Shown here in pieces: positions 63,425-64,000 of a DNA stretch of 64,000 bases; the stretch's first letter is position 1, and each line of letters begins with the position of its first letter. Under the pieces are notes generated by a model. It had not been told where the DNA came from. It saw nothing but the letters and a program-made list of their open reading frames with translations, and ran no database searches. Made by a program: the position numbers and the translations under genes. Origin of the DNA: Camelus ferus (Eukaryota); the NCBI RefSeq assembly GCF_009834535.1, contig NC_045696.1:115074001-115138000 (forward strand). The letters run 5' to 3'.

Positions 63425-64000
63425 ATTTATATATATTTTATTGAACTATAGTCAGTTTACAATGTGACAATTTCTGGTGTACAGCATAATGCTTCAGTCA
63501 TACATGAGCATACAGATATTCATTTTCATATTCTTTTTCACTATAAGCTACTGCAAGATGTTGAATATAGTTCCCTGTATTATACAGTATAAACTTGTTA
63601 TCTATTTTATATGTATTAGTTAGTATCTACAAATCTCAAACTCCCAACTGAACCCTTCCCACCTGCTTCCCTCCCTGGTAACCGTAAGTTTCTTCTCTAT
63701 GCATGTGAGTCTGTTTCTGTTTTGTAAATAAGCTGATTTGCCTTTTTTTTTTTTTAAGATTCCACATATAAGTGATATCATTTTTCTTTCTCTTTCTGGC
63801 TAACTTCACTTAGACTGATAATCTGCAGGTCCATCCATGTTGCTGTTAATGGTATTATTTTATTCTTTGCAACAGCGGAGTAGTATTCCATTGTATATAT
63901 ATATACCACAGCTTCTTTATCCAGTCACCTGTTGATAGACATTTAGGTTGTTTCCATGTCTTAACTACTGTAAATAGTGCAGCTATGAACACTGGGGTGC
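63425..64000 (-). mobile_element. Young L1 3' end, runs off the window
   Basis: ttattgaactatagtcagtttacaatg...ttctttatccagtcacctgttgatagacatttaggttg, closely similar to the copy at 37230. Confidence 0.92.

Noticed and set aside
1..64000. CRISPR arrays, prokaryotic operons, rRNA genes or processed pseudogenes
   Set aside because: None seen. The sequence is mammalian, repeat-rich and apparently non-coding.

Overview
Mammalian genomic DNA: AT-rich, CpG-poor and dense in repeats. It is most likely camelid (alpaca, llama or camel), judged from a short tRNA-derived SINE family present four times and from no ruminant Bov-A/BovB or pig PRE elements that I could see. I cannot identify a protein-coding gene. 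The ORF track is mostly chance ORFs or decayed L1 ORF2, so the window looks like a long intron or intergenic DNA. It contains young 5'-truncated L1 3' ends, older L1M and L2 fragments, MIRs, MaLR/ERVL/ERV1 solo LTRs (two are MER41-like), hAT and Tigger MER elements, microsatellites and a 100-N assembly gap. I found no convincing new biological system. The best leads are: (1) a 27-nt frame-preserving microexon candidate with UGC motifs, plus nearby plus-strand exon candidates; (2) two MER41-like LTRs whose GAS-position motif has STAT6-type N4 spacing; (3) a twin-primed L1 that lacks its 3' end; (4) a microsatellite that arose inside one copy of a SINE target-site duplication; (5) recursive-splice-like AG|GTAAGT motifs; (6) a possible MER121-like ancient element. 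Subfamily names and boundaries were judged by eye and are approximate.
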